Shown: piece after piece, positions 33,952 to 42,935 of the stretch
Layout: each line of letters starts with the position of its first letter
How positions within the stretch are numbered: the first letter of the stretch is position 1
Notes under the pieces: generated by a model
What the model saw: the letters and a program-made list of their open reading frames with translations, nothing else
What the model was told of the DNA's origin: nothing
Databases searched by the model: none
Assembly: GCF_024653915.1 (NCBI RefSeq)
Contig: NZ_JANLGY010000017.1
Location: forward strand, 51,088 to 115,087
Reading direction: 5' to 3'
DNA length: 64,000 nt
Source: Sulfuricaulis sp.
Lineage (GTDB): Bacteria; Pseudomonadota; Gammaproteobacteria; Acidiferrobacterales; Sulfurifustaceae
Translations under genes and position numbers: made by a program

Positions 33952-34323
33952 ATGCAAAAAGTTTCCAATCGGCCGCGACGTGTCGCGGAACTCATCCGGC
34001 GTGAACTTGCCATGCTCATCCCGCGCGAGCTCGACGATCCCAAGGCGCACCAGATCACGTTAACCGGCGTGGAAATGTCGCGCGACATGTCTTCCGCGCG
34101 AATCTATTTTTCTTTGTTGAGCGGTGCCGTGGAGGCGAAAAAGTTGACCAAGTCGCTCAACCGCGCCGCCGGATTTCTGCGGCATGTCCTCATGGGAAGG
34201 GTATCGTTGCGAAGCGTGCCGGTGCTGCGGTTTTATTTCGATGAATCGGTGGAACGTGGCGCGCGCATCGACAGCCTGATTGAACAGGCCATCACCGAAG
34301 ACCAGCAGACCAAAAATAAATAG
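33952..34323 (+). CDS. rbfA: Ribosome-binding factor A
   Basis: RPRRVAELIRREL, TGVEMSRDMSSARIY and VPVLRFYFDESVERG motifs. Confidence 0.97.
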   Translation: MQKVSNRPRRVAELIRRELAMLIPRELDDPKAHQITLTGVEMSRDMSSARIYFSLLSGAVEAKKLTKSLNRAAGFLRHVLMGRVSLRSVPVLRFYFDESVERGARIDSLIEQAITEDQQTKNK

Positions 34324-34415
34324 ACAGGATCAACAGGATTCAGCAGGATTAACAGGATTTTTGAAATTTTGAATCTTTAATCCTGTAAATCTTGAGTAAT
34401 CCTGTTAATCCTGTG
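34319..34415. repeat. Inverted repeat with 9-nt-periodic arms (ACAGGAT; 4 + 4 units) overlapping the rbfA stop
   Basis: aatagacaggatcaacaggattcagcaggattaacaggattt (34319-34360) and aatcctgtaaatcttgagtaatcctgttaatcctgtg (34379-34415). Confidence 0.92.
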
Positions 34416-34446
34416 AAATTTTTTTCGAAATAAGGATATCGAAGCA

Positions 34447-35364
34447 GTGAAGCGGCAACGACGTAATTGTGATGCGATAAATGGCGTGATGCTGCTCGAT
34501 AAGCCGGTGGGGCTGACTTCGAACCAGGCCTTGCAAACGGTGAAGCACCTGCTCAACGCCTGCAAGGGTGGGCACTCGGGCAGCCTCGATCCCATCGCCA
34601 CCGGACTGTTGCCGCTGTTCTTTGGCGAGGCGACCAAGCTGACCCAGTTTCTGCTCAATGCCGATAAGCGCTACTGGAGCGTCTTCCGGCTCGGGGTTAG
34701 CACCACGACCTACGATAGCGAAGGTGAGGCGACCGCTACGCGTCCCGTCAGCGTCACCCGGCGCGATATCGAGCGCGCGCTGGAAAGTTTTCGTGGCGAG
34801 ATAGAACAGGTACCGCCGATGTATTCGGCCATCAAGCATCAGGGCGAGGCGCTTTATAAACTGGCCCGGGCCGGCGTGGTGATCGAGCGCGAAGCGCGCC
34901 ATGTGACGATCCATGAGATCAAGCTGGTGAGTTTCGAAAATGATTTGCTGACGCTGGAAATCGCCTGCACCAAGGGCACTTATGTTCGCAGCCTGGCGCA
35001 CGATCTGGGTGAGGTGCTGGGATGCGGCGCGCACGTGGTGCAGTTGCGCCGACTCGGCACCGGCCGCGTTGGTATCGAGCAGGCGATACCGCTTGACCGA
35101 TTGCAGGCACTGGAAAGCCCGGTGGAACGGGCGCAGCTGCTGCTACCCGTGGACAGCGTGCTGCATGAAGTTCCGGACGTGCACCTGACGACGCTGGCGG
35201 CCCATTACCTGATACAGGGGCAATCGGTGTCGACACAGCATGGCTTCAAACCCGGCTGGGTGCGCTTGTACGAGGGCGACAAGCGCTTTCTCGGCATGGG
35301 GGAGGTGATGGATGATGGGCGCGTGGCGCCGCGGCGCCTGCTCGCACTGGGTGAAAATCCCTGA
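34447..35364 (+). CDS. truB: tRNA pseudouridine(55) synthase TruB
   Basis: LDKPVG, GHSGSLDPIATGLL, QVPPMYSAIK and CTKGTYVRSLAHDLG motifs; GTG start. Confidence 0.98.
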   Translation: MKRQRRNCDAINGVMLLDKPVGLTSNQALQTVKHLLNACKGGHSGSLDPIATGLLPLFFGEATKLTQFLLNADKRYWSVFRLGVSTTTYDSEGEATATRPVSVTRRDIERALESFRGEIEQVPPMYSAIKHQGEALYKLARAGVVIEREARHVTIHEIKLVSFENDLLTLEIACTKGTYVRSLAHDLGEVLGCGAHVVQLRRLGTGRVGIEQAIPLDRLQALESPVERAQLLLPVDSVLHEVPDVHLTTLAAHYLIQGQSVSTQHGFKPGWVRLYEGDKRFLGMGEVMDDGRVAPRRLLALGENP

Positions 35365-35417
35365 AACAGGCATGAAACAGGCGGTCCGTACGGCGCGTTC
35401 GGACCTGATATTGGCGG

Positions 35418-35446
35418 TTGAGGCGGGGTCCCCCCGCAGGTAGAAT
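35418..35446 (+). promoter_or_regulatory. Putative sigma70 promoter of rpsO
   Basis: TTGAGG-17 bp-TAGAAT followed by an ACGCGCCC discriminator. Confidence 0.65.
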
Positions 35447-35492
35447 ACGCGCCCTTCAAAGTGTAATTGACAGCAAATTGAGGTAAATATTG

Positions 35493-35762
35493 ATGACCGT
35501 TACCCGCGAGACCAAGGCCAAGGTCATGCAGGATTACCAGGCGCACGAAGGAGACACCGGTTCGCCCGAGGTCCAGGTTGCCCTGCTGTCCACGCAAATC
35601 GAGGAATTATCCAGCCACTTTCAGGCCCATCCGAAGGATCATCATTCGCGCATCGGCCTTTTGAAAATGGTGAACAAGCGCCGTCAGCTGCTTGAATATC
35701 TGAAAAATAACGACAGCGACCGCTACCGCACGCTCATTGAGCGGCTCGGCCTGCGCAAGTAA
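35493..35762 (+). CDS. rpsO: 30S ribosomal protein S15
   Basis: [28 protein letters not shown] and LIERLGLRK motifs. Confidence 0.99.
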   Translation: MTVTRETKAKVMQDYQAHEGDTGSPEVQVALLSTQIEELSSHFQAHPKDHHSRIGLLKMVNKRRQLLEYLKNNDSDRYRTLIERLGLRK

Positions 35763-35800
35763 GCATTCAAGCCAGTAACGAATAACACGAGGACAAGGTC

Positions 35801-37897
35801 TTGGCAAAAATCACGAAATCATTTCAGTACGGCAAACATACCGTCACCCTGGAAACCGGCGAGATCGCGCGCCAGGCCAGCGGTGCCTGCATCGCCAGCA
35901 TGGGCGATACCGTGGTGCTGGCCACCGTGGTAGCGAAGAAAGAACCCATGCCCGGCAAGGATTTTTTCCCCATGACCGTGGATTATCAGGAAAAAACCTT
36001 CGCCGCCGGCCGCATCCCGGGTGGATTCTTCAAGCGTGAAGGCCGACCCTCGGAAAAGGAAATTCTCACCTGCCGTCTCATCGACCGTCCCATCCGCCCG
36101 CTGTTCCCCGAAGGTTACACCAACGAAGTCCAGATTATCGCCACCGTCATCTCGGTGGACCCGGACATCGATGCGGATATCGTCGCCATGCTTGGTTCCT
36201 CCGCGGCGCTCAAGCTTTCGGGCGCACCGTTCAACGGCCCCGTCGGTGCCGTGCGCGTCGGTTACAAGGACGGCCAGTACCTGCTCAATCCGGGTAACAA
36301 GGATCTCGTCGATTCACAGCTCAACCTCGTCGTCGCCGGCACCGTGAAAGCCGTGCTGATGGTCGAATCCGAGGCACAGCAACTGTCGGAAGAAGTCATG
36401 CTCGGCGCCGTCATGTTCGGCCATGAGCAGATGCAGACGGCTATCAAAGCTATCAACGAACTCGTCAAAGATGCCGGCGTGCAGCCCTGGGCCTGGCAAC
36501 CGCCGCTGGAAGACACTTCACTCAAGAACACCTTGGAGACCGAATTCGCCCCGCTCATTGTCGAGGGTTATCGCATCAAGGAAAAGACTGCACGTCAGGA
36601 CCGCATCGCCGAAATTCACGAGATGGCGGTTGGCAAGCACGCGGCCGAAGGCGCCCCCGCGGGCACCAAGGAAAAAGTCCAAAAAATCATTGGCGATATC
36701 GAATACCGCACCGTACGCGACAAGATTCTTTCCGGTGAGCCGCGCATTGACGGGCGTGACACGCGCACCGTGCGCCCCATCACCGTGCGTACCGGCGTGT
36801 TGCCGCGCACCCACGGTTCCGCGCTGTTCACGCGTGGCGAAACCCAGGCGCTGGTCGTCACCACGCTCGGCACCGGGCGCGACGCGCAAATCATCGACGC
36901 CCTGGAAGGCGAGCGCAAAGACCCCTTCATGCTGCATTACAACTTTCCCCCGTACTCGGTGGGTGAATGCGGTCGTGTCGGTAGCCCCAAGCGCCGCGAG
37001 ATCGGTCACGGTCGGCTGGCCAAGCGCTCCATGATTGCCGTATTGCCGGACATGGAAACCTATCCTTATATCCTGCGCGTGGTGTCTGAAATCACCGAAT
37101 CCAACGGCTCCAGCTCCATGGCCAGTGTGTGTGGCGCATCACTGTCGATGATGGACGCCGGTGTACCCATTAAAGCCCCGGTCGCGGGTGTCGCGATGGG
37201 CCTGATCAAAGAGGAAAAGCGCTTTGCCGTGCTCACCGACATCATCGGTGACGAGGACCATCTCGGCGACATGGACTTCAAGGTCGCCGGCACCACGAAT
37301 GGCGTCACTGCTCTGCAGATGGACATCAAGATCGAAGGCATCAACAAGGAAATCATGGAAGTCGCGCTCAAGCAGGCGAAAGAAGGCCGGCTGCATATCC
37401 TGGGCGAAATGGCCAAGGTGATTTCCACGCCGCGCGCCGAACTCTCGGAATACGCCCCGCGCATCATCGCCATCAAGATCAATCCGGAACGCATCCGCGA
37501 CGTCATCGGCAAGGGTGGCGCGGTTATCCGCGCGTTGTGCGAGGAGACCGGCTGCACCATCGATATCGAGGATGACGGCACGGTCAAGATCGCTTCGGCC
37601 GACAACGTCGCCGCGCAGGAAGCTGTGCGTCGCGTTAAGCAGCTCACGGCGGATATCGAAGTCGGCATGGTCTACGAGGGCAAGGTTGCCAAGCTCATGG
37701 ACTTCGGTGCCTTCGTCACCATCCTGCCCGGCAAGGATGGCTTGGTGCATATTTCGCAGATCTCGCGCGAGCGCGTCGAGAACGTTGCTGACAAGCTGAA
37801 GGAAGGCGAAATGGTCAAGGTCAAAGTACTGGAAGTGGACAAGCAGGGCCGCATCCGCCTGTCCATGAAGGCGCTGGAAGAAGAACCGGTCTCCTGA
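35801..37897 (+). CDS. pnp: Polyribonucleotide nucleotidyltransferase
   Basis: [34 protein letters not shown] and [12 protein letters not shown] motifs; KH and S1 domains; TTG start. Confidence 0.99.
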   Translation: MAKITKSFQYGKHTVTLETGEIARQASGACIASMGDTVVLATVVAKKEPMPGKDFFPMTVDYQEKTFAAGRIPGGFFKREGRPSEKEILTCRLIDRPIRPLFPEGYTNEVQIIATVISVDPDIDADIVAMLGSSAALKLSGAPFNGPVGAVRVGYKDGQYLLNPGNKDLVDSQLNLVVAGTVKAVLMVESEAQQLSEEVMLGAVMFGHEQMQTAIKAINELVKDAGVQPWAWQPPLEDTSLKNTLETEFAPLIVEGYRIKEKTARQDRIAEIHEMAVGKHAAEGAPAGTKEKVQKIIGDIEYRTVRDKILSGEPRIDGRDTRTVRPITVRTGVLPRTHGSALFTRGETQALVVTTLGTGRDAQIIDALEGERKDPFMLHYNFPPYSVGECGRVGSPKRREIGHGRLAKRSMIAVLPDMETYPYILRVVSEITESNGSSSMASVCGASLSMMDAGVPIKAPVAGVAMGLIKEEKRFAVLTDIIGDEDHLGDMDFKVAGTTNGVTALQMDIKIEGINKEIMEVALKQAKEGRLHILGEMAKVISTPRAELSEYAPRIIAIKINPERIRDVIGKGGAVIRALCEETGCTIDIEDDGTVKIASADNVAAQEAVRRVKQLTADIEVGMVYEGKVAKLMDFGAFVTILPGKDGLVHISQISRERVENVADKLKEGEMVKVKVLEVDKQGRIRLSMKALEEEPVS

Positions 37898-37917
37898 GCA
37901 TTGCACGCTTGAGCAGT

Positions 37918-37945
37918 AAAAAAGGGAGCTTCGGCTCCCTTTTTT
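37918..37945. terminator. Intrinsic terminator after pnp
   Basis: A6-GGGAGC-TTCG-GCTCCC-T6. Confidence 0.93.
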
Positions 37946-38032
37946 GTGCTTGTCTTGTTTAGGCCGTGCTGGCTGGTTAAGCTGGTGGACGTTAAATGAT
38001 TGGCTAGTTTTTTCAGAATCGGAGGATGCAAG

Positions 38033-38803
38033 ATGGCTAAATTCAAGATACAGGCCACTGGCAGATTCCTGATGCTATCGGCGTTCTGTATTGTCCTCAA
38101 CGGATGTGTAGGACTGGAAACTTACATAGTAAGTAGTCCAATAAGTAATTCATCACAAGTAGATATCAGCAAGAAAGGGCGGTTTGTACTTGATGACACA
38201 GTTATCTTTGTATCGCCAACAAATTACGTTCATGTAAATAGCGGTGCACTGTGGTTTTCTGTGATCCCGGTAACTGAGGATATTCCACAAAAGGACCAAG
38301 GTTTCAGCCCCGGTTACTATATAGGTTCTTTCCAGAAACCGGGATTCTTTATATTCGAGATATTCTTTGCTGTTGGAAAAACCCCCATTATATTTTACCC
38401 CGGTGACATTGTCCTTCGTCATCGTGGTAAAGAATGGCGACCAGTAAATACATACGAACTAGTCAAAATGCATGATGCAACCAATCCGTTTTGGGGCCAT
38501 GAACCATTTAGGCAACTTTGTGCTGGAAAAGAACAGGACACACACAAACGTCATTATTATCACAACCCGATTATGGTGACACATTATGATGGCACCACTA
38601 ATCAACTCCCAGGTATCGGTGTTCCCAAAAGAATCCAGCTTGAGCAAGATACAAACCGTTGTTATGCCCTAAAGTTCTTGGTTGATCCCCCAGATCCAAG
38701 AGAAGAGTTTGATATTGAATTTAGTTCTCTGCAGATAAATAATCGAAATGTTCCGATTCGGATTAAATACGCCCCATTAACTGTGAAGGAAGGACACGGG
38801 TGA
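38033..38803 (+). CDS. AT-rich hypothetical lipoprotein, probably horizontally acquired
   Basis: GGAGG RBS; signal peptide ending in lipobox-like VLNG/C; hand GC counts of 22/60 and 25/60 on lines 38101 and 38161, versus 42/60 on pnp line 36841. Confidence 0.75.
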   Translation: MAKFKIQATGRFLMLSAFCIVLNGCVGLETYIVSSPISNSSQVDISKKGRFVLDDTVIFVSPTNYVHVNSGALWFSVIPVTEDIPQKDQGFSPGYYIGSFQKPGFFIFEIFFAVGKTPIIFYPGDIVLRHRGKEWRPVNTYELVKMHDATNPFWGHEPFRQLCAGKEQDTHKRHYYHNPIMVTHYDGTTNQLPGIGVPKRIQLEQDTNRCYALKFLVDPPDPREEFDIEFSSLQINNRNVPIRIKYAPLTVKEGHG

Positions 38804-38843
38804 AGCCCATCAATCTCGGATCTCGCGATAACGGAGCTTCGCC

Positions 38844-39322
38844 ATGTCATTGACCCTGACTTCCACGGCGTTCCGCCACAACGGTGAAATCCCTGAGCGG
38901 TACACCTGTGACGGCGAGGATATTTCGCCGCTGTTAGCATGGTCAGGCGTGCCGTCCGAAGCCAAAAGTCTGATCTTGATCGTAGACGATCCCGATGCTC
39001 CCGATCCCACAAGGCGCCCAAAATGACTTGGGTGCATTGGGTGCTCTATAACATGCCACCGACAGCCACTGGATTACCGGATGCGGTAGCGGCAAAAAGT
39101 TTGCTCAAGGGAACGCTGATAGGAATCAACGACTGGAAGCGCACGGCTTATGGCGGTCCCTGTCCGCCCATCGGTCGCCATCGTTATTTTCACAAACTAT
39201 ACGCGCTCGACACGATGTTGCCGGACATGAACCGGCCAACCAAGGCTAAGGTGGAGAGTGCCATGCAAGGGCATATCCTTTTCCAGGCTGAGATCGTCGG
39301 CACTTATCAACGATCTCCATGA
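38844..39322 (+). pseudogene. YbhB/YbcL (PEBP/RKIP-like) protein split by a frameshift near 39009
   Basis: The 5' frame carries YTCDGEDISP...IVDDPDAPDP and stops at TGA 39024-26; the -1 frame continues KAPKMTWVHW...GPCPPIGRHRY. Confidence 0.85.
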
Positions 39323-39383
39323 TGCTTGTGTGGTCGGAGTGGCTTTACAGGAAGCGCATCGTCCTTTAGCCTCGGTGTCAGAC

Positions 39384-40280
39384 ATGTACATTGCCGGTCA
39401 AAAAAAGAATAACGATCCGCTGCAAAGCTCGCGCCTCCATTCTGCCCGTCTGTTGTTTGCAGTGGTCTGCCTGTCTGTCTTGGCGGCTTGCGGGACGATG
39501 AAGAACAGCCCCGATGAGGCGGCGGCAGGGGATTCCGGCGCTCAGATAGATGCGGCGACAGAGGAACGGAACAACGTCAAAGATCCGTTCGAGGGCCTCA
39601 ACCGCGTTATGTACACGTTCAACGACAAAATGGACCGGTACCTGCTCAAGCCGGTCGCCAAGGGTTACCGCGCGATCACGCCCAAACCGGTCAGCAAGGG
39701 CATTTCGAATTTTTTCAGCAATCTGCATGATCCGGCGATCATGTTGTACAACTTCCTGCAGGGCAAACCGAAGGCAGGCGCCTCAGACCTGGGGCGTTTT
39801 CTCGTTAATTCCACCATCGGCATTGCCGGCCTGTTCGATGTCGCCACCAAGATGGGGCTGGAAAAGCACAACGAGGATTTTGGCCAGACGCTGGCGGTGT
39901 GGGGCGTGGGTGACGGACCCTACCTGGTGTTGCCGTTCTTCGGGCCGAGCAATATACGCGAGGGCGCATCCATCCCCGTGGATTGGTATACCTATCCGCC
40001 CAATCACATGGAGGAACAGAGCACGAACGTCAAGATGTTTGCCGTGGAAGTGGTGGATCGGCGCGCGCAGCTGCTGGATGCCGGCGATATTCTCGATCAG
40101 GCCGCGGGAGCTGACCCGTATATTTTTGTGCGTGAGGCTTTCCGCCAGCGCCGTCTCAGCCTGATTTACGATGGCAATCCGCCGCAGGCCGCACCGCCCC
40201 CGGGCCTGTTCGAGGATGATGAACCGGTGCCCAACACATCTGCCCAACCCGCGCCGGGTGCGCCTCCTCAGTCGAGGTAG
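39384..40280 (+). CDS. mlaA: MlaA/VacJ family outer-membrane lipoprotein
   Basis: Lipobox LAAC; DPFEGLNR, RFLVNSTIGIAGLFD, EDFGQTLAVWG, PYLVLPFFGPS and DPYIFVREAFRQRR motifs; start codon uncertain. Confidence 0.93.
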   Translation: MYIAGQKKNNDPLQSSRLHSARLLFAVVCLSVLAACGTMKNSPDEAAAGDSGAQIDAATEERNNVKDPFEGLNRVMYTFNDKMDRYLLKPVAKGYRAITPKPVSKGISNFFSNLHDPAIMLYNFLQGKPKAGASDLGRFLVNSTIGIAGLFDVATKMGLEKHNEDFGQTLAVWGVGDGPYLVLPFFGPSNIREGASIPVDWYTYPPNHMEEQSTNVKMFAVEVVDRRAQLLDAGDILDQAAGADPYIFVREAFRQRRLSLIYDGNPPQAAPPPGLFEDDEPVPNTSAQPAPGAPPQSR

Positions 40281-40437
40281 CCGTAACCCAGCAGCGCAGG
40301 GAACTGCGCCGGATTGCGTGGTTTGACGGGAAATTGGTCGATTCTCGGTCAAAGCTTGTTATTCGCCGTTATCGTTACCGGGAAACAATGATCTGGCTCT
40401 GACTGCTGATTTTCAGCGGGTTTTTCGGCCGTGCCCC

Positions 40438-40466
40438 TTCATTTCTCGCGGTATCGAGGGTAAAAT
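40438..40466 (+). promoter_or_regulatory. Putative sigma70 promoter of the rpsP operon
   Basis: TTCATT-17 bp-TAAAAT followed by a CGCGCCC discriminator. Confidence 0.55.
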
Positions 40467-40537
40467 CGCGCCCTTTCTCGAACCTTGCAAGGCCCTGTCC
40501 GGCCGGGCGGGGCTTCTTAACGAAGTGAGGTAGATCA

Positions 40538-40786
40538 ATGGTAACCATACGTCTGGCCCGTGGCGGCGCGAACAAGCGGCCCTATTACCGCATCATTGTC
40601 GCTGACCGGCGTCGTGCGTTGAACGGCAATAACATTGAGCGCATCGGATTTTATAATCCGATGGCGACCGCAAAGGAAATCAAGCTGAAGGTGGACATGG
40701 AGCGCGTGCAGTACTGGCTGGGCAAAGGCGCCAAGCCGACCGATCGCGTGGCTGATCTGCTCAAGCAGGCCGCCAAAACTTCTTAA
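40538..40786 (+). CDS. rpsP: 30S ribosomal protein S16
   Basis: MVTIRLARGGANKRPYYRIIVAD...ERIGFYNP. Confidence 0.99.
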   Translation: MVTIRLARGGANKRPYYRIIVADRRRALNGNNIERIGFYNPMATAKEIKLKVDMERVQYWLGKGAKPTDRVADLLKQAAKTS

Positions 40787-40792
40787 GTCATC

Positions 40793-41308
40793 ATGGCCGA
40801 CCCGTCACGCCCTGACGGCTTGGTGCATTTCGGCCGAATCACCGGTCTGTTCGGTGTGCAGGGTTGGGTCAAGGTTTTTTCCCATGCCCGTCCGCGTGAA
40901 TCGATTATCGACTATTCGCCCTGGCTTGTGAAAACCGCCGGAGACTGGCGCGAGTTGGTGGTCGAAGAAGGGCGCGCGCAGGGCAAGGGCGTGGTGGCAA
41001 AGCTCGCCGGCGTGGATGACCGCGATCAGGCGAGCCAGCTGATCGGCGCGGACATCGAGATAAAGTTTTCGCAGTTGCCGCCGCTGTTGAAGGGCGAATA
41101 TTACTGGACGCAGCTGGTGGGGCTGGAGGTTGTCAATCTCGCCGGAGAACGTCTCGGTAAAGTGGACCACCTCGTCGAGACCGGCGCGAACGATGTGCTG
41201 GTGGTGCTCAACGGGAAGGAGCGCTGGCTGCCGGTGACGGCGAAAGTCATCCGCGGGGTGGATCTGGAAGCGGGCGTGATCCGGGTGGATTGGGAAGCGG
41301 ATTTCTGA
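40793..41308 (+). CDS. rimM: Ribosome maturation factor RimM
   Basis: GLFGVQGWVKV, GEYYWTQLVGLEV, ETGANDVLVV and VDWEADF motifs. Confidence 0.98.
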   Translation: MADPSRPDGLVHFGRITGLFGVQGWVKVFSHARPRESIIDYSPWLVKTAGDWRELVVEEGRAQGKGVVAKLAGVDDRDQASQLIGADIEIKFSQLPPLLKGEYYWTQLVGLEVVNLAGERLGKVDHLVETGANDVLVVLNGKERWLPVTAKVIRGVDLEAGVIRVDWEADF

Positions 41309-41311
41309 TCC

Positions 41312-42055
41312 ATGCGTATTGACGTTATAAGTTTGTTTCCGCCGATGTTCGAGGCCGTGAGCGCTCACGGCATTACCGGACGGGCGGTCAAGAACGGATT
41401 GCTGACGCTGCGGGTGTGGAACCCGCGCGATTACACGGAAGACAAGCACCGCAGCGTGGATGACCGGCCTTATGGCGGCGGCCCGGGTATGGTGATGATG
41501 AATGAGCCGTTGACGCGCGCGATCCGCGCGGCACGCGGCGAACAGACGCAGACGGCGAAGGTGATTTACCTTTCGCCGCAGGGCCGGCGGCTGGATCATG
41601 CCGCGGTGCTGGAGATGTCAAAGCGCGAGGGCATGATTCTTCTCGCCGGGCGTTACGAAGGTATTGACGAGCGCCTGATCGAGACAGAAGTGGACGAGGA
41701 GTGGTCAATGGGTGACTACGTCCTCTCCGGCGGTGAACTGGCGGCGATGGTATTGATCGACGCCGTGACGCGCCAGCTTCCCGGGGCCTTGGGCGACGAA
41801 GATTCAGCGCAGCAGGATTCCTTCGTGGAAGGCCTGCTGGATTGCGAACATTACACGCGGCCGGAAGAGTATGCCGGGCGTAAAGTGCCGGAAGTGCTGT
41901 TGTCGGGCGATCACGAAAAGATCCGCCGCTGGCGTCTCAAGCGGTCGCTGGGACGGACCTGGTTGCGGCGGCCGGATTTGCTGGAAAAGTTGACGTTGAA
42001 CAGTGAGCAGAAACAGCTGCTGGAAGAATTTAAAGAGGAATATTTGAATAAATAG
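41312..42055 (+). CDS. trmD: tRNA (guanine37-N1)-methyltransferase
   Basis: [26 protein letters not shown] and [11 protein letters not shown] motifs. Confidence 0.99.
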   Translation: MRIDVISLFPPMFEAVSAHGITGRAVKNGLLTLRVWNPRDYTEDKHRSVDDRPYGGGPGMVMMNEPLTRAIRAARGEQTQTAKVIYLSPQGRRLDHAAVLEMSKREGMILLAGRYEGIDERLIETEVDEEWSMGDYVLSGGELAAMVLIDAVTRQLPGALGDEDSAQQDSFVEGLLDCEHYTRPEEYAGRKVPEVLLSGDHEKIRRWRLKRSLGRTWLRRPDLLEKLTLNSEQKQLLEEFKEEYLNK

Positions 42056-42132
42056 AACCACAGATAAACACGGATAAAAAACTTCCGGGTTTTTATTGAA
42101 TAATCTGTGTTAATCCGTGTCCATCCGTGGTT
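42056..42132. repeat. Inverted repeat with 10-nt-periodic arms (CACRGATAAA; 2 + 3 units) abutting the trmD stop
   Basis: aaccacagataaacacggat (42056-42075) and atctgtgttaatccgtgtccatccgtggtt (42103-42132). Confidence 0.9.
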
Positions 42133-42165
42133 AAAAGTATATTTTGAGAATCTAGAGGTGAAAAA

Positions 42166-42513
42166 ATGAGCAAGATCATGCAGGAACTGGAAGCGCGGAT
42201 GATGGCGGACAATAAGGTCCCCGAGTTTTCTCCGGGTGACAGCGTTATCGTCCATGTGAAGGTGAAGGAAGGTGAGCGCGAACGTCTCCAGGCCTTTGAG
42301 GGCATGGTCATCGCGCGCCGGAATAGCGGTTTCAACTCCTCCTTTACAGTACGCAAGACTTCCTACGGCGAAGGGGTGGAGCGTGTGTTCCCGCTGTACA
42401 GCTCGGCCATCGCCAAGATCGAGGTCAAGCGCAAAGGCGACGTACGCCGCGCCAAGCTTTATTATCTGCGTGATCTCGCCGGCAAGGCCGCTCGTATTCG
42501 CGAGAAGGTCTGA
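42166..42513 (+). CDS. rplS: 50S ribosomal protein L19
   Basis: [28 protein letters not shown] and RRAKLYYLR motifs. Confidence 0.99.
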   Translation: MSKIMQELEARMMADNKVPEFSPGDSVIVHVKVKEGERERLQAFEGMVIARRNSGFNSSFTVRKTSYGEGVERVFPLYSSAIAKIEVKRKGDVRRAKLYYLRDLAGKAARIREKV

Positions 42514-42521
42514 GTTTTGTT

Positions 42522-42627
42522 GTCATGCCGGCGGAAGCCGGCATTCAGGTAGCACCAGAAAAGCCGCCCATCCGGGCGGCTTTTTATTTTCCCTCTCCCC
42601 TTGCGGGAGGGGGTTAGGGAGAGGGGT
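42522..42627. repeat. Composite: 27-nt GTCAT...CAG palindrome, intrinsic terminator (42559-42585) and 36-nt CCTCTCCCC palindrome
   Basis: GTCATGCCGGCGGAAGCCGGCATTCAG; AAAAGCCGCCC-ATCC-GGGCGGC-TTTTT; cctctccccttgcgggagggggttagggagaggggt. Confidence 0.88.
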
Positions 42628-42674
42628 GTAGTAATTCTGCCAAATCGCCTTCGGCGATGATTAACCGCTAATTG

Positions 42675-42886
42675 CGGGTTGCTCCGCCCCGCACCCTGGG
42701 TGACTTTTGTTTCGGCAAAAGTCACCAAAACCACTCCCCCCGGAGCGCGCGACTTCCTTCTCCGCTCCTCGCCCCACCGGGCGCTCGACCAACTCGCCGG
42801 GCGCGAAATACGCGCCTCGGGCTCAAACAGGGTCTCGCTTAAAAACTCCCGGCGGGGCTGCGGTGCTCGACGCGCGCTACGGGGTC
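42675..42886. repeat. About 210-nt multi-stem non-coding element upstream of ogt
   Basis: Perfect 11-bp stem GGTGACTTTTG/CAAAAGTCACC (42699-42726); long-range pairs ccccggagcgcgcg/cgcgcgctacgggg and ccccaccggg/cccggcgggg; inner GGCGCG-AAATA-CGCGCC. Confidence 0.75.
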
Positions 42887-42935
42887 TGAAGAAACCGTGG
42901 TGGCACTGATCGCTGTGCCCGTGGATAATGAATCC

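Noticed and set aside
33850-34415. Tandem aatcctgt units as a CRISPR array
   Set aside because: Units are 9 nt and contiguous, with no unique spacers and no cas genes.
35447-35492. S15 autoregulatory leader pseudoknot before rpsO
   Set aside because: Expected by analogy, but I could not identify the pairing by eye.
191-37906. Long antisense ORFs (e.g. 191-1417, 12636-13832, 21642-23438, 31779-33473, 37139-37906)
   Set aside because: They shadow conserved genes on the opposite strand, as expected from GC-rich codon usage, and have no motifs of their own.
37955-38835. Integron cassette around the AT-rich lipoprotein (GTTAAAT at 37991 fits GTTRRRY)
   Set aside because: No complementary RYYYAAC or attC fold after the gene, wrong L-box spacing and no integrase; the 7-mer alone is weak.
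40294-40309. GCGCAG-GGAA-CTGCGC hairpin after mlaA
   Set aside because: Short and lacks a U-tract; it may be chance in GC-rich DNA.
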